Shown: piece by piece, positions 12,528 to 24,484 of the stretch
Layout of the letters: every line of letters starts with the position of its first letter
Numbering within the stretch: the first letter of the stretch is position 1
Assembly (NCBI GenBank): GCA_010015585.1
Contig: ML975158.1
Reading direction: 5' to 3' (one strand)
Length of the DNA stretch: 51,743 bases
Source of the DNA: Eremomyces bilateralis CBS 781.70
Lineage: Eukaryota
Notes under the pieces: model-generated
Told to the model about the DNA's origin: nothing
Database searches by the model: none
What the model saw: the letters and a program-made list of their open reading frames with translations, nothing else
Made by a program: the position numbers and the translations under genes

Positions 12528-14523
12528 ATGCAGTCGGCAATTGTACTACGCCGATTCCCTTGTGCGAATCAGTCAGCCTCCGCCTCCTGTCAAAATGAGG
12601 GCAAATCTGCCTGCTCGGCCTGCCGAATGGTCTTGGTATGTTGTGTCTACTATATGTCCACCCTCGTCCAATCATATATTAATCATGAGTGTCACAGTAT
12701 TGCAACCAGTCCTGCCAGAGGTCTCACTGGAGTGATCATAAGAAAGATTGCAAATCCCCGATGATGAAACCCACGTGGACTCCTTCGTGGCATATTGAAA
12801 ATCGCACCCCGACTTTCATCAACAATAATGCTCAGCCTTACACATCATTTGGGGGAGGGAAATATCTCTGGGGAAACGTGCCAGCGATTGACGTGCTTGC
12901 ACTGAAGAACAATGAAGGCTTGGAGTATGGGAAGGACCTAAGCCTTCTTTTCGCCGGTACGATTTGCGTTCAAATAACATTTCCGAGCATTCTAACGAGA
13001 TTGGACGTCAAACAGCCTCTGGGGATATTCGAAACGTCCTAAAGACAATTGCCTCGTTGCCAACGACGTACAATATGCAGTTGGCTATTACCCTAAACGA
13101 CCATGAGTTGGATATTGTTGCACGCAACGCAATCATGCTGATCCTTCTGCTGGCTGTTGAGGAACCGGAGACCGCGGTAGACTGTGTCGTGCATACTTGG
13201 TACTCAGCACAGATCTCGAAAACACACCTCGACCTTCTCGACACCACTGTCCGTCCTTTGCTCCAGGATATGTGTACCAAAATCGTCGAAAAGCCGGACG
13301 GAAAGCTCCTTGCGAAGACTTGGCATTTCGGGAAGCGAGGAATTCGAATTGCACTCACGAAACAGGCCTGGATTGCAACATTGTCATACCTGGATATGCC
13401 GGCGGAACTGACTTCAGAGCGTGCCCATAAGGTACGAACCGCTGTGACGTTAGCACCGGAGCGCAAAGATCATTTGGAACGCCATTTGTTTGCTCAAGCT
13501 CCAGCTCGGCGCGTGGGTTTCATGAAATTTCGTCAAGACGGCATCTTGTTGCCCTTCGGTCACTCTCGACACGCCTACAACATCCCGAACCCGTAAGCCT
13601 TCTCCTATTTGCTAGATGACGATGAGCGGCTAACCTCTTCTAAAAGGACATTCTTCCAGAGTTCGAACACGTGGCTATTGAAAGACGCAGCCGATCCAAC
13701 GGCCGGATGGTCGCACAAAGACGTCTGGAACACTTCCATTGGTAGTGTCTACAACGATGTTTATGGGAAGCTGTACTTTCATGTCAAGGATGTCCTCACA
13801 TCGGTCCACAAACGTCTGCGATCATTGGAAGTCGTTTTCCATCTCTTCCAGCTCGATGCCAGAGAACTCACTGATCATCTCAAGGTTGACACACTAGCAC
13901 GAATTGAGGTAAATCTACTGCCAAGATAGTTGTGGTGAATACCTTTCGTTTGACTACTATTAGGTTTCGAATATCTGTGACGGTCCATACCTAGGTCCGG
14001 CTCCCACTGTTTGCATATTTGCACCATTCCTTCAGAAGCGTACTACCAACCCTCATGCTTCTTTAATCACCTTGTTCATGAATGCGGTTGAAGAGGAGTA
14101 CCACCACTGTGGAGATCAGTACAATGTTCAAGTCATGCAACGGGAATTGCAGCGGATAATGAAGTATATGCCATATCGTCCAGGTATGCATCGGCACGAC
14201 CCAGCCCTCTTGCAAGCCTTGTCTGCAAAATCGCTGGTTCGAGATGGGGGCCGATACCTTGAAAAGTGAGTAAAGACTTCCAGCAGAAAGAATATAAAAG
14301 TCGGTTTTAACCACAAATCAGGTTTATGAAGCGAAGCAAATTCGATCTCATTGAGCAACTGGCAAAAGCAAAGGTGAAGAAACGCAACAGCATCATTGGC
14401 CAGTGGCCTGCTCGATTGAAGTTGCGGCCTGGTCACCCAGGTGCACAAGATGAATTCGATTCTTTGGTATCGAGCACTCTCAATGGCACAGAGTGTTACC
14501 TGGAGTGGCACCGAGTGGATTAA
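12528..14523 (+). CDS. zf-MYND plus DUF4470-type protein, multi-exon
   Basis: CSACRMVL|YCNQSCQRSHWSDHKKDC; YLWGNVPAIDVL, LLFA|ASGDIRNVLKT, VARNAIMLILL, DGILLPFG, EVSNICD; canonical introns between the ORF pieces. Confidence 0.82.
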
Positions 14524-15274
14524 TAGCCGGCTTGCTTCTTTGGGTTAGGCCCTCATGGTAGCCTGCCGCTTCGGGCTCCATGCTGCAGCGCCTGGATTTG
14601 TCGGGTACTCATGCCCACGGCAAACAGCTCATCCATAGCCCAGAGAATTATCCCTAACGTTTGTCCCATCTAACGTAACTTAGCACCGGCATGTGTATGC
14701 GGTGAGGAACAGGATGATGGTAGGAAGATCTTGAAAGACGCTTTTGCAAGAGAATGGACCAAGGAACTTATTCCTCACTGGTTGAATACAAATTATATTC
14801 CACGCTTGCCATTCGAAATCGGCACATCCAGGGGAGCTCTCGTCGAGGGCCCTAACTGGGTTCATTCCGACGACGGAATATACGATGGGATTGGGATAGA
14901 CACCGCTGCGATCGAGCAGGCAATGTGCATTCCAGACGCTAAATGGATTCCCCTGACCGGTGGCTCGAACATAGTCTTCTCTTAGGACCTCTACAAGAAA
15001 GGTCAAGAAGATTAGTCCTAGTGGAGGCTTCAATCCCGAGATGTAAATTGCTCTCAAGGCCCAGCAGTTTAGCCCTACGGTAAGGACATGATGAACCCGG
15101 GACATTTCTGTGATCATGACACGAATACCCTAATACCGCACCTCTGTCGTCCACATTTGGAAAGCGTTGGGAAGTGGGTTGGGCACGTGCAGCAGCAGCT
15201 TTAGCAGTGAGCTTTGTTGGAGCTGACATGGCGGAGCTGGAGCCAATACATACTGTAGGAATTCCCATCCCCTT

Positions 15275-15697
15275 CTATTTCAATTGACTATCTATTGGGT
15301 GTGAATGAATCGCCGCAATCAACCACCCAGATTCATCCGTCCTTCGAAGAGTGTAGGTCGCAGTGAACTCCTCGCATGAGGTGCCGTCCTTTCGTAGTCG
15401 CTTGGTTGCACAGCTAGCCAGGGCAAGACCCTTGTCATCCAGGATGATAATCTTTTTGGGACCGACATATTCGGAGTGATCAAAGCCGTCCTTACGAAGC
15501 CGTGTAACGGCGCTGGAGAGCATATCTGCCAGATCTTGACGGTTAGAGAGAATTGACACCGAACTAGCGGACAGGGTCACTGCAGGCTCGAGGTAGTTTG
15601 TTGCGGCCTTGTCGAAGTCTCCTTTGTTAAAATCGGATATGTAGTCGTCAAGCTGCTGTGAAATGCTCTCCTCGAGCGCTTTGGATGAAGATGGCAT
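15275..15697 (-). CDS. Small SnoaL/NTF2-like fold protein
   Basis: 140 aa intronless ORF with the pattern YISDFNKGD...RLRKDG...ATYTLRRTDESGWLIAAIHSH. Confidence 0.7.
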   Translation of the reverse strand: MPSSSKALEESISQQLDDYISDFNKGDFDKAATNYLEPAVTLSASSVSILSNRQDLADMLSSAVTRLRKDGFDHSEYVGPKKIIILDDKGLALASCATKRLRKDGTSCEEFTATYTLRRTDESGWLIAAIHSHPIDSQLK

Positions 15698-16387
15698 AGC
15701 TGAATAAGTTCCCCTGCTTTTTTAAGGTGAGCTTGGGAACTGTACACTTTCGCCAGTGACTTACAGATCGGGTTAGTATAGATCTCTATAACTAGCAATG
15801 TTGCGATTGTCTGTCAAGCCAGGTACGAGACAAAATATATTCCTGAATACATCGTGGCAGAGCAGTGGGGTAATTAGAGGTATTTAGATTGCCGACCCGA
15901 GGGGCCGAGTTACGGGCTTGCAGTGTCGTCCAACCGTCTAGACCCCAGAGATAGGCACTTGACACAGCGGGGAACAAGGAAGTCGTTAAATTCTCCAACG
16001 TACGTGAAAGGTTGACATGTAAACATATTGTTCTGCCAATGGTGTCATACGTATACTGTAGGTCATGTACGCTGGGCATCACCGTCTGATATCCAATTGG
16101 TCATGGTCGCTGTCGGTGGATGGCATGAATACCTGGATTCAACTCATACTGTGGATAATCTACTATTTACCATTCACTGACGTCGTTGCGCGGGACTGCT
16201 CGCACCGCAGGACCTCCGAACACCGGCACAATGCGCCACCACACCATTTTCACAGCTCTTCGGGCGTTTGTCGACCGGCACGCCGCAGTGGACTGGAGAA
16301 ATGCCACCAGGGCCATCTCCTAGCTCACCCGCTCTCAAATTGAGTGGCAGGAACCAACCGAACAATCAGATACTTTAGGGCATCATT

Positions 16388-16731
16388 GGGCTTCGAGCAT
16401 AGCGGCATCAACATCATGCCCCTTCCGAGTTTCGGCGCGATTGGGTTTGACCTAAGCACCGGTATGCCTGACATCGGCTCTGGGAGAGGGAGGGAAACAC
16501 ACTGCGGCTAGTGGCGACAGCGCCAGCGCGCCCTGAGCAGAAACCGCGAATGATGGCAGCGACAATGTCATGGGCGACTTCGGGCTCGGAGACCAGGATT
16601 GGCTGGCGCTGCCGCTCGATCCGCTGCTCAGCAGCTACATGGCGGACGTCACGCAGACGACGTACGGTCCGGACATCGGTTGTTATTGCATGCTGGATGT
16701 GTTGCTGCGTGGCCGGGAGAGGGATAGGTAG
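16388..16731 (+). pseudogene. Orphan C-terminal fragment resembling ARO80-type Zn2Cys6 transcription factors
   Basis: Reads INIMPLP, then a stop, then DWLALPLDPLLSSYMADVTQTTYGPDIGCYCMLDVLL; recalled as similar to the C-terminus of Pezizomycotina ARO80 homologues. No upstream coding body is visible. Confidence 0.5.
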
Positions 16732-17359
16732 TGGTTTTAGGAATAAGGAGCGACGCGATGATGAACTAGGGATTACGAGTGCATTATATGCTGTCGTAAA
16801 ATGGCATAAAGAGTGATCGGGTTCGTATATACCGCCTCAATATAACGGATCACGTAAATGGATAACTAGTGAGTCCAGTTCTTACATTATGGGATTTACT
16901 AGCGAAAAAGAAGCTCCAAGTCTCCTCTGAAAAGATCTATATAAACAAAGTGCAACACATCGTCAGGCCGCAAGGCCAACTACCACAAGTCTGGGCGACC
17001 AGCCCAAGACTATGACATTCAGCGCTGACATGGTGATGTGTGAACTCTTCTCTCCGAGTGGACGATATGTATACGGAACGGCGGTTTGGGTCACGGCTGT
17101 TATTGTGAGATAAATAGCGGTTTCGCTCAATCAGGTGATTAATGCAGCGACACAGTGGGAAAACACCGTTAGATTCCAAAAGAGCGTAGATAGATTGGCC
17201 TTGATCCTACAGAGCCGGATCCTACGAAAACAGGCTGTTCCTGCAGCTACTTTATATGGTTTACAATGGTGATCATTTCCCTAAAAAGGGAAAGAATAGG
17301 GGTATCCCCTCTATGGCCGTCGCTGCAGTGCTCAACTTCCTCACCAAAATCAGATTGTA

Positions 17360-20300
17360 ACCACCAAAACTGCCAATGTGCCACACCACCACCTAATTAC
17401 ATAGAAATTTCGGGCGGAAATTACAGGTAATTACAAAAAGGGAGCATGAGATATTATTAAAAAATTCAGAAAGGGAAAATATGTGCTATGCTTGACGCTG
17501 TGCCTCGTTCAGATGGGCAGACCAACATATGAGATTTTTACACAGTGGGGTCCTACACCGATTGCATCCATACCGAGTTTTTGGAGCACTTTTCTTCCGC
17601 CCATTGGATCCTGCAGCCCCACGGATCGTATTAACAGAGAGCTCTGTCAGCGGTTTCCTCCTTTCCGGATCAGGCAATGCAGTGCGACCGGCTGTTAGAC
17701 AGGAAACATACTGTTTTGCGTGTTCAAAGAGCTTTTCAGGGGCACCATGGTAAGGGGATGGTAACCGGCCAACCGCACCACTGTAGATTGTAAGGTGATC
17801 CTGGTGATGCGTGGTGGGCGGCGCGGGAGTCATCGCGATCATGTATGCGTTACAGATCGCAGTCTCTACCAGATACAGAAACAGCGGTTTCCACGTCTTC
17901 TTGCACCGCCTAGCGATCGCCCACCGACACCGTAATTGGTCGGCTATATCTACTCCATTCATATTATGGTTGTAGTTGTTTATGAACTCGGGGATAGGGA
18001 GCGGTTTCCTGTATTCACCAGGCGCGAATAGCTGCTTTCGGACCTGGTCCGCAGAGCTGGAGTCCTTAGGCCTTCGTCGCTATATAGAAGTTAGTAAGTC
18101 AGTAAAACTTAAGGGCGGAATAGTGAAGCAGATAGAATGCCATGACACGGCTTAAGGCGTCCTAATATATATATATGAAATTTCATATATATTCTAACGC
18201 TTTGCGCCGTACCCAGGCATCTTATTTACTTTCTATTATAACCGGTATAGATATAAACCTACGCTGAGAAACAGTGGTCATAAAATAGACCAATTTCGCA
18301 TCCATCCAGGCGCACTGTAGGACTGTATTCGACTTATCAGTCGCCGTGTATAACGCATGGGCGTTCGCCTTTTTAGAATTGTATTTGGTCATCAAGTCTG
18401 AAAGGTCTGGATCAATATAATCCTGAAGAGGTTTATCCTTCAGAAGGAGCTTCTCCCGTTCAGTTTTGACGAACCGGACAGTCCCTGCAGCACCTATATC
18501 GAACTCGTTTCGTAGGACACGGAGGAGTTTGTTGGTGGTGGAGAGGTTATCAAGCCATACAGCAATAGGGCGCTCGGCTTTTGCACGCAGCGGGATGACG
18601 AGATCCAGGACAACAGCCTGCGTGGGGGTAAACTCGTACGGCTTCTTGACCTATATATTTCACTCGTTAGCCAAGGACCTCAAAAACACAATATTAGGAG
18701 AGAGACAGTGGTAGATATAGCCATATCCTGTACGGTATGGGCACCGTGGTTAGAGCCGTTTTCGCGGACTGAGACTTAGGAGCTGGTGTCATACACCACC
18801 TCCACTGGTGCGGAGATAACGCGTTTCCCACCATCTTTACGAAAGTATACTATTTTAGACCATGCTTACCTCTTCTCTATGCCGAACGGACCTGCGGTAT
18901 ACGCGTGTAGCCTCATATCCCACACGTATCCATGGAATGCAAGGACCTAGACCTTGTACCCTATAGGCGTGGGCTTCGAGGGGATATTCACGGTTTCCTT
19001 TGCCCGCCCAAGGAAGCGAACCATCGCCTCGTCTATCGCACAATAGGATCCAGGGCGCCAGAGTTCCTGGAATTTCAAGGTAAGGAACTTCACCATAGAA
19101 TGAACCTTCTCCAGAGGTGTTAACTTCTTTGGGGCTATAGGTATATGCCACGCGATATATCGATCAATCTGTTGCCAATGAACACGACCCATATACCGAC
19201 GAACCGTTGGGTGGAGTGGGAGATTAGGATTAAGCTCGTTCTGACACGGTCTGGATGCGCAAGGTCTGCGATTACCAAGTTCCATTAATCTAAACTGAAG
19301 AGAGAGAGAGAGAAGAAATCTCCCGGCACCTTTGTGCGCGAGATAGCGACTCTCCTCTCCAATGCCCTACTGCTGTGTTACCATGTTTGTTTGCTTCTCT
19401 GATATAATCCACCAGCCACGTCTTCAGCCACAACCAAGGGAACAGGCCGCAGGCCTGGGACCATAACACGTTCCAGTAATATTCCACGCGTGGTTCGCGA
19501 TGTAGACCCATATAGATCAAGATCGCAAGATAGGCGCGGAGATCCTCCTCCGTAACATCGGTCCATGGGCGTGGGCTGTTCAGTTCCTTCTCGGGTGCAT
19601 GGTGGGCGTGCAGGTTAGTACTCACACAGAGAGTATGGTAAAATTCTGTGGTAAAGATGAGGTCTATGATCGCTCCAGGATCGTGAAACCTGACGGTATC
19701 AGGCAATATACCATGCGAAACCTTCTCCGGTATTATTAAGGGATCGAAATCGACGATAGGCGATGGGTCTGGGGGCGGTGGATTCTGGGTGTTTTTGGGG
19801 GCTTTTGGTACTGTAGGCGTGCTCTCAGCTTGAGCCTGTTTCCCCCTCTTTCCTCCTCTCTTCGCCTGCGGTTTGCCTTGAGATAGGAGTTCTTGAGATA
19901 GTGTGTCTTGAGAGGTCTGTATCTTAAGATCTCCATCGTTTTCCTGCGACACGTTGACGCGATCTAGATCTTCACCTTCACCGATCGCACAACCTGTCTT
20001 GAGGAGCTCTTCGCGGGTCTCAAAATGGGCCACCTCACCGGTAGGTACGAGATCCACGTCGAAAGGCTTCGAAATACCGAAAACACCCATATTCAATACC
20101 AAAAACACCCATAGTCGAAACGAATTGATTAAATTTCCTGTCCTCAGACGCGTCTGTATACAATTTGGGAGGGAATTTGGTGGGAGCTTGGCAAATACAG
20201 GGATCCTGGTCGAAACCCCGGTCTTTGAGCACTGCAGCCATGAAGGGGATAGTCTTCTACTTTTGTCGCCTTTCACAACAGTTTTGATACCTTTGAGGGG

Positions 20301-20400
20301 GAAAATCTCACCAGCCTTACAAAATTTCTAGAATTACAGTAATTTACGTATTACAAAAATTTTCCGTTACATGCCAAGTTTACAGGCGTTTTTTGGTGGG
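17360..20400 (-). mobile_element. Degenerate piggyBac-like transposon (DDE_Tnp_1_7 pseudogene, about 17486-20090); boundaries approximate
   Basis: Motifs LRAYLAILIYMG...YYWN, AIDEAMVRFLGR...PSKPTPIGYKV*, VWLDNL, IGAAGTVR, MNGVDIADQLR and a Cys-rich C-terminus (YGCNRCRTPLC...CWSAH); stops and an insertion interrupt the frame. No TTAA-flanked termini found. Confidence 0.88.
19242..19468 (-). mobile_element. Solo LTR (227 bp) inserted in the piggyBac transposase
   Basis: TG...CA ends with imperfect inverted termini (TGACACGGTC / GACCATAACA) and a 5 bp target duplication CGTTC at 19237-19241 and 19469-19473; removal restores YYWNELNPNLPLHP in frame. Orientation is inferred. Confidence 0.85.
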
Positions 20401-20586
20401 CCCAAGGAATTTCCGTGAAGAACGAACCAACTCGGCTCTGGCATCACGAGATACAGAAATCCTGTGATCTGATTGGCTCGAAGAAGATGTACTGATCGCA
20501 AAGAGTGCGTTTTTGGAGATGTTGCTGGCGATTGGCGCATATCTAGATACGTATACAAATGCATATACTGTGTGAAAACGATGCGG

Positions 20587-22494
20587 TTAGATCATCTCCT
20601 CCATCGCCATCTGGCTGTACAAGGTATCTTCCTCCATTCGCCCCATGATCTCATCCTGCGATGGAAGCACCATCTTAGTCCCGTCGCGCTTCATGGTCCT
20701 AGCCAACCGGAGGGCCCGCTTGTTCATATAGATGTACATCATCTTGTCAACGCGAAGCGCATCTAGGCGTGCCCATTTTGAGTCCACCAGGAAGTTCTGG
20801 ATTGAGAATGATCGTTCCGATGGGACTGAGCTTGATGGGGCGCTGAAAACGCGTAACGCAATAGAACTGAGCCATTTCATCTGAAACATACCACCCGCGC
20901 ATCTCCAATATAGGATGGGATCCGCCTCCCGTCGCATGAGGAAGGCGTTCTTCGCGAACGCGGTATCCGGGCTCTTGTAGCTGTAAAATTCATCGCAGAA
21001 CGCCTGCGCATCCTGTTCCTCGTGACAAAACATCTTCTTGACGAACTCATACATAGAGGTAAAGTCTTCGGGTGAAATTTGAGCCGTGCGATGACTTGGA
21101 TGGAGGTGATAAGCAAGGTGATGGAGTGGTATACCAACCTGCTGATTATATCGCTTTTGGACCACGCGATCAAGCTCTGCATGGAGGATAGGATCGCGTT
21201 CCTGGAAACCCACTCCGCTGATTGCCTTCCTAAGGGCTGCCCACCTCTCTATCACGGTCCCAATATCAAGGCGTGTAGATTCAGTCTGTACGAGGAGCTT
21301 TGAAACAGGACCGATGATCGCGATGGTCCTATCGAGCTCCCTCCAGAGCTCTGTGCCTAGGATCTTGCTTTGGTATTCAAGGAGGCGTCGTTTCACTGCG
21401 TCGCCGATCGTGATATCGTCTAATTGATCCTGGAAGAAGTCCTGGATGGCTTCCTTGTTCGCCTTGAGCGAATTCAGGCTCCCGACGTGACTTCCCCATC
21501 GCGTCTCGACTGATGCGACAAGGACCCGCGTCTTCCCGTATCGCTCCCTCTGCCTAAGGCGTATCTCGCTCATTACTTTCGAGGAGGATCGGATATCGCG
21601 TATGAGGTCCTTGAACAAGTCAAAGTGATGCTTAAAACGAGGCATCGCAAGGATATCTTTGATGAGGAGGGCGAGACTGTGTGCCTGACACGGAATACAG
21701 AGTATATGCCTGAGCTCTGGATCTTCACCAATCAGTCTCCACAGCTTACGCATAGAGGAACAGGTATCTGTAGAGAGACTGTTTACCCTCCTCATCTGTC
21801 CACCAATTGTATCCTGTAGGACTTCGCGTACGTATTCGAGAAGGAATTTAGCGTCGAGGGTCGCCGTCCGAGGTGCTGGTCTTGTCTGTATCATAAGCGA
21901 ACCGAAGGTATCGTGCGTGATTGAGAAATTAATCGTTCGATCGCCTGCACGGTTCTGAGACTCATCAATTGTGATATTTAACTGGAAGTCATTACCAAAC
22001 CCTGATAAGACAGTATCCACTTGATTCCTCGTCTCTGTGTATAGTTGATCGAGGAGCGGTCCAGAGACCGTAGGGCATGATGGGACTTTGAAGGAAGGGC
22101 ATAGCCTCTTCACAAAACGGTGGAAATCCTCGTCTTCCACGATGTTAAATGGTGATCCAGACATCACCACAAATTTGGTAAGGAGGAGCTCTAGGGCTTC
22201 TTGTTCCCGTTCGCTTGTAGAGGTAGTGGAGAACCCGCGACTGGAGAAGATAGTCGTCTGGCGTAAAGATGAGGTACATGATGGGGTAAGGGTTGTACAG
22301 GAAGATAGATCTGTAGACGTAGAGTCATCAGTAGCCTTCTGATTGATCGCTGGACATTTAGGGAGGTGCTTTTTCATCTCCGTGACGTTTTTGGTGCGCT
22401 CCCATTTGCAGTGCTTACAAGCCCAACGGTCGGCGGCCGTTGGCTCGAAATTCTTGTAAAAGATGGCATCGCGATTTTTTCCAACCTTCGGCAT
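20587..22494 (-). CDS. hAT-family transposase, uninterrupted 635 aa (BED-like finger, DUF659-type core, hAT dimerisation domain)
   Basis: WACKHC...HLPKC, ITIDES, STDTCSSM, CQAH, TRWGS, SSVPSERSFS. TIRs not identified. Confidence 0.9.
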   Translation of the reverse strand: MPKVGKNRDAIFYKNFEPTAADRWACKHCKWERTKNVTEMKKHLPKCPAINQKATDDSTSTDLSSCTTLTPSCTSSLRQTTIFSSRGFSTTSTSEREQEALELLLTKFVVMSGSPFNIVEDEDFHRFVKRLCPSFKVPSCPTVSGPLLDQLYTETRNQVDTVLSGFGNDFQLNITIDESQNRAGDRTINFSITHDTFGSLMIQTRPAPRTATLDAKFLLEYVREVLQDTIGGQMRRVNSLSTDTCSSMRKLWRLIGEDPELRHILCIPCQAHSLALLIKDILAMPRFKHHFDLFKDLIRDIRSSSKVMSEIRLRQRERYGKTRVLVASVETRWGSHVGSLNSLKANKEAIQDFFQDQLDDITIGDAVKRRLLEYQSKILGTELWRELDRTIAIIGPVSKLLVQTESTRLDIGTVIERWAALRKAISGVGFQERDPILHAELDRVVQKRYNQQVGIPLHHLAYHLHPSHRTAQISPEDFTSMYEFVKKMFCHEEQDAQAFCDEFYSYKSPDTAFAKNAFLMRREADPILYWRCAGGMFQMKWLSSIALRVFSAPSSSVPSERSFSIQNFLVDSKWARLDALRVDKMMYIYMNKRALRLARTMKRDGTKMVLPSQDEIMGRMEEDTLYSQMAMEEMI

Positions 22495-23086
22495 AGCTAT
22501 ATGAACATGAAAAGTAGGTAGATCGATAGATCTCGTCGAGACGAGTAAATAGATGTATATGAATTTAAATTTGGAGCTGATTCAGTCGCATTACCCGGAA
22601 GTTAGGTAGTTGATGAATAAAATGACCCCAAACCCAAACATGAAAATTCGTATCTTTCTATCCCTACCGATGATGAAAGATTAACTATTCCTAATGATGC
22701 ATGGATATACCAAAATATATATCGAATCGAAGCTCCAGATGAGGCCAATAATAATACATTTAAATATTTGGGTTTGCAATCCAAGTAGTATATCTAGAGT
22801 TATTAGCAGGTGAAGTAAAATGCTACAATTTTGGCAGTAGTTGCTTGGGGCAACGGATCACATCATGCACCATGGCGAGAAGACGGCCAAAATGGGAGTA
22901 GGCAACGCATATACTTTTCATATCGATCTGTATATCAAAATGTAGCTCTATATCTGAAGAAGTATACTAATCGGTATATTATTAAAATCAAGTGTAACTT
23001 AGTTTAGGAGAGTTACGGAGTGCGCAAGAGATCATGTACCTTTTTTTCAGGAATTTATGCCTGAGGCAGAAAGGCATCAATAAAAT

Positions 23087-23910
23087 GGCCTCCGTGGGGG
23101 AAGAAATTGATGGCCCTTACAAAGTGTCTTGGCACTATATTCCCACCACCAAATATATTGATATATCGCTGTCTACCACAATGGAGTCTTAATAAAGTCT
23201 CCCTTATTATCTACAACTAGATGGCATCTGTATGGCATCTCTGCAATCATCTTATGTACTTCCTCCATCGTGATTTTATCCCATTCATCAATCAGTATCT
23301 GTTTGAGCTCTTCCATGGTCTGCCATACCCGCTTGCGTACCCTCTGTTTCAGGATCCCCCAGAGCGCTTCCATAGGGTTCAGGTCTGGAGATTGTGATGG
23401 ATGATGTAAGCAATCAATCCAATTGATATGCTTCAATGAAGATGCGACGTTATTTGACCGTGTACCGTGCGATGGATCGTTATCTTCCTGAAGAGTCAAA
23501 AGTGGCCCACAAACGTCTGCACCAAACGACCCGCGATGGTGTAAACGAGCGGCCTCAATATGCGCAATGTAACCAGGGAGGATGTATTTGGCGTAATACT
23601 CCTGTGTCATGGAGTTCCCCTTCTGTTTGACCTCAACTTTGTGGGGCAGTTTCGCCTTCCAATCTTGTAATCGTTGGGAGAACTATTCGTCTGTTTCGGT
23701 CTGTTTTTGCCTCGGTTTCCTTGGCGTTTGCGGCTTTGGAGGATCTTCAGACTTGTCGTGATAGAACTTAAGGCTGCTTTTGGAATACCAATTGCAAGAC
23801 GCAGCAATATGGAGCACTATGCCCTTTGTCGCTGGTCGGTTTTGGATGTTCTCCGGTCGGTAGCGCGTACCCTTTTCGCGAATGATATGCCCTCGTGCTT
23901 GTTCCGTAGG
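23087..23910 (-). mobile_element. 3' half of a Tc1/IS630-like DD37E transposon with one TIR
   Basis: Near-identical, in inverted orientation, to about 41754-42577; QEDNDPSH...SPDLNPMEALW; TIR core 23095-23135; similarity stops abruptly at 23910. Confidence 0.92.
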
Positions 23911-24050
23911 TGTCAGATGTTGACCACTGGGGTGCGGACCCCAGTCGCTTCAGTCGATACCGGACAACAGGGGTTATGGACTTATGGTACACATCGCGAG
24001 CCTCCAGTGGTCATCCAACTCAGCTGAACCACTTCAAAGCGTTCTTTACA
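23911..24050. mobile_element. Possible short solo LTR at the Tc1 breakpoint
   Basis: Starts TGTCAGA exactly where Tc1 homology ends and ends TCTTTACA (imperfect inverted TG...CA termini); the flanking 5-mers differ (GTAGG vs ACGAA). Confidence 0.35.
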
Positions 24051-24484
24051 ACGAACCTGCACGCCATCTCCCTTGGAGTATTTCGGCTCGAAACTCATTG
24101 TTTCAGTTACTGCTTCAGAAGAAAATGAGAACGATTATGATTTGGTAGCTCGGACACGCGCCGTCTCGCGACCATGATGGCATTTCATATGCCCGCGCTA
24201 TCTGTTTATAATTGCGGCACAGCAAATGCAGTGCTTAATATCACCCCAGCGCGTATGCAGGCTCCCCATGAGAGCACCCTTTGGCCCCTACCATGTTCCT
24301 CCATAAAATCAGTCTCTGGTATTGTCTAATACTTGCTTTAACTACCCTCCATCACAGACGCAACTCACGTCTTCAGTCTGTTCAATTTGTCCTTGATCTT
24401 GTTCACATATTTCCGAATCGAAGCTCACGCACAACTCTCTTTCTTGTTCTCGGTCTCTTGACTACTACATCTAACTGTGTTAAA

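Noticed and set aside
14680..15180. Coding-like fragment (KDAFAREWTKELIPHW...)
   Set aside because: Stops in frame and no family recognised; may be a relic but cannot be supported.
17306..17338. CCCT-starting inverted repeat read as a piggyBac TIR
   Set aside because: No TTAA at either end; the TAGGG direct repeat and captain relic fit a Starship better, although a piggyBac origin is not fully excluded.
24281..24484. 68 aa hydrophobic N-terminal extension of the dynamin ORF
   Set aside because: Starts at TTG and reads like a pyrimidine-rich 5' UTR; ATG 24485 is preferred.
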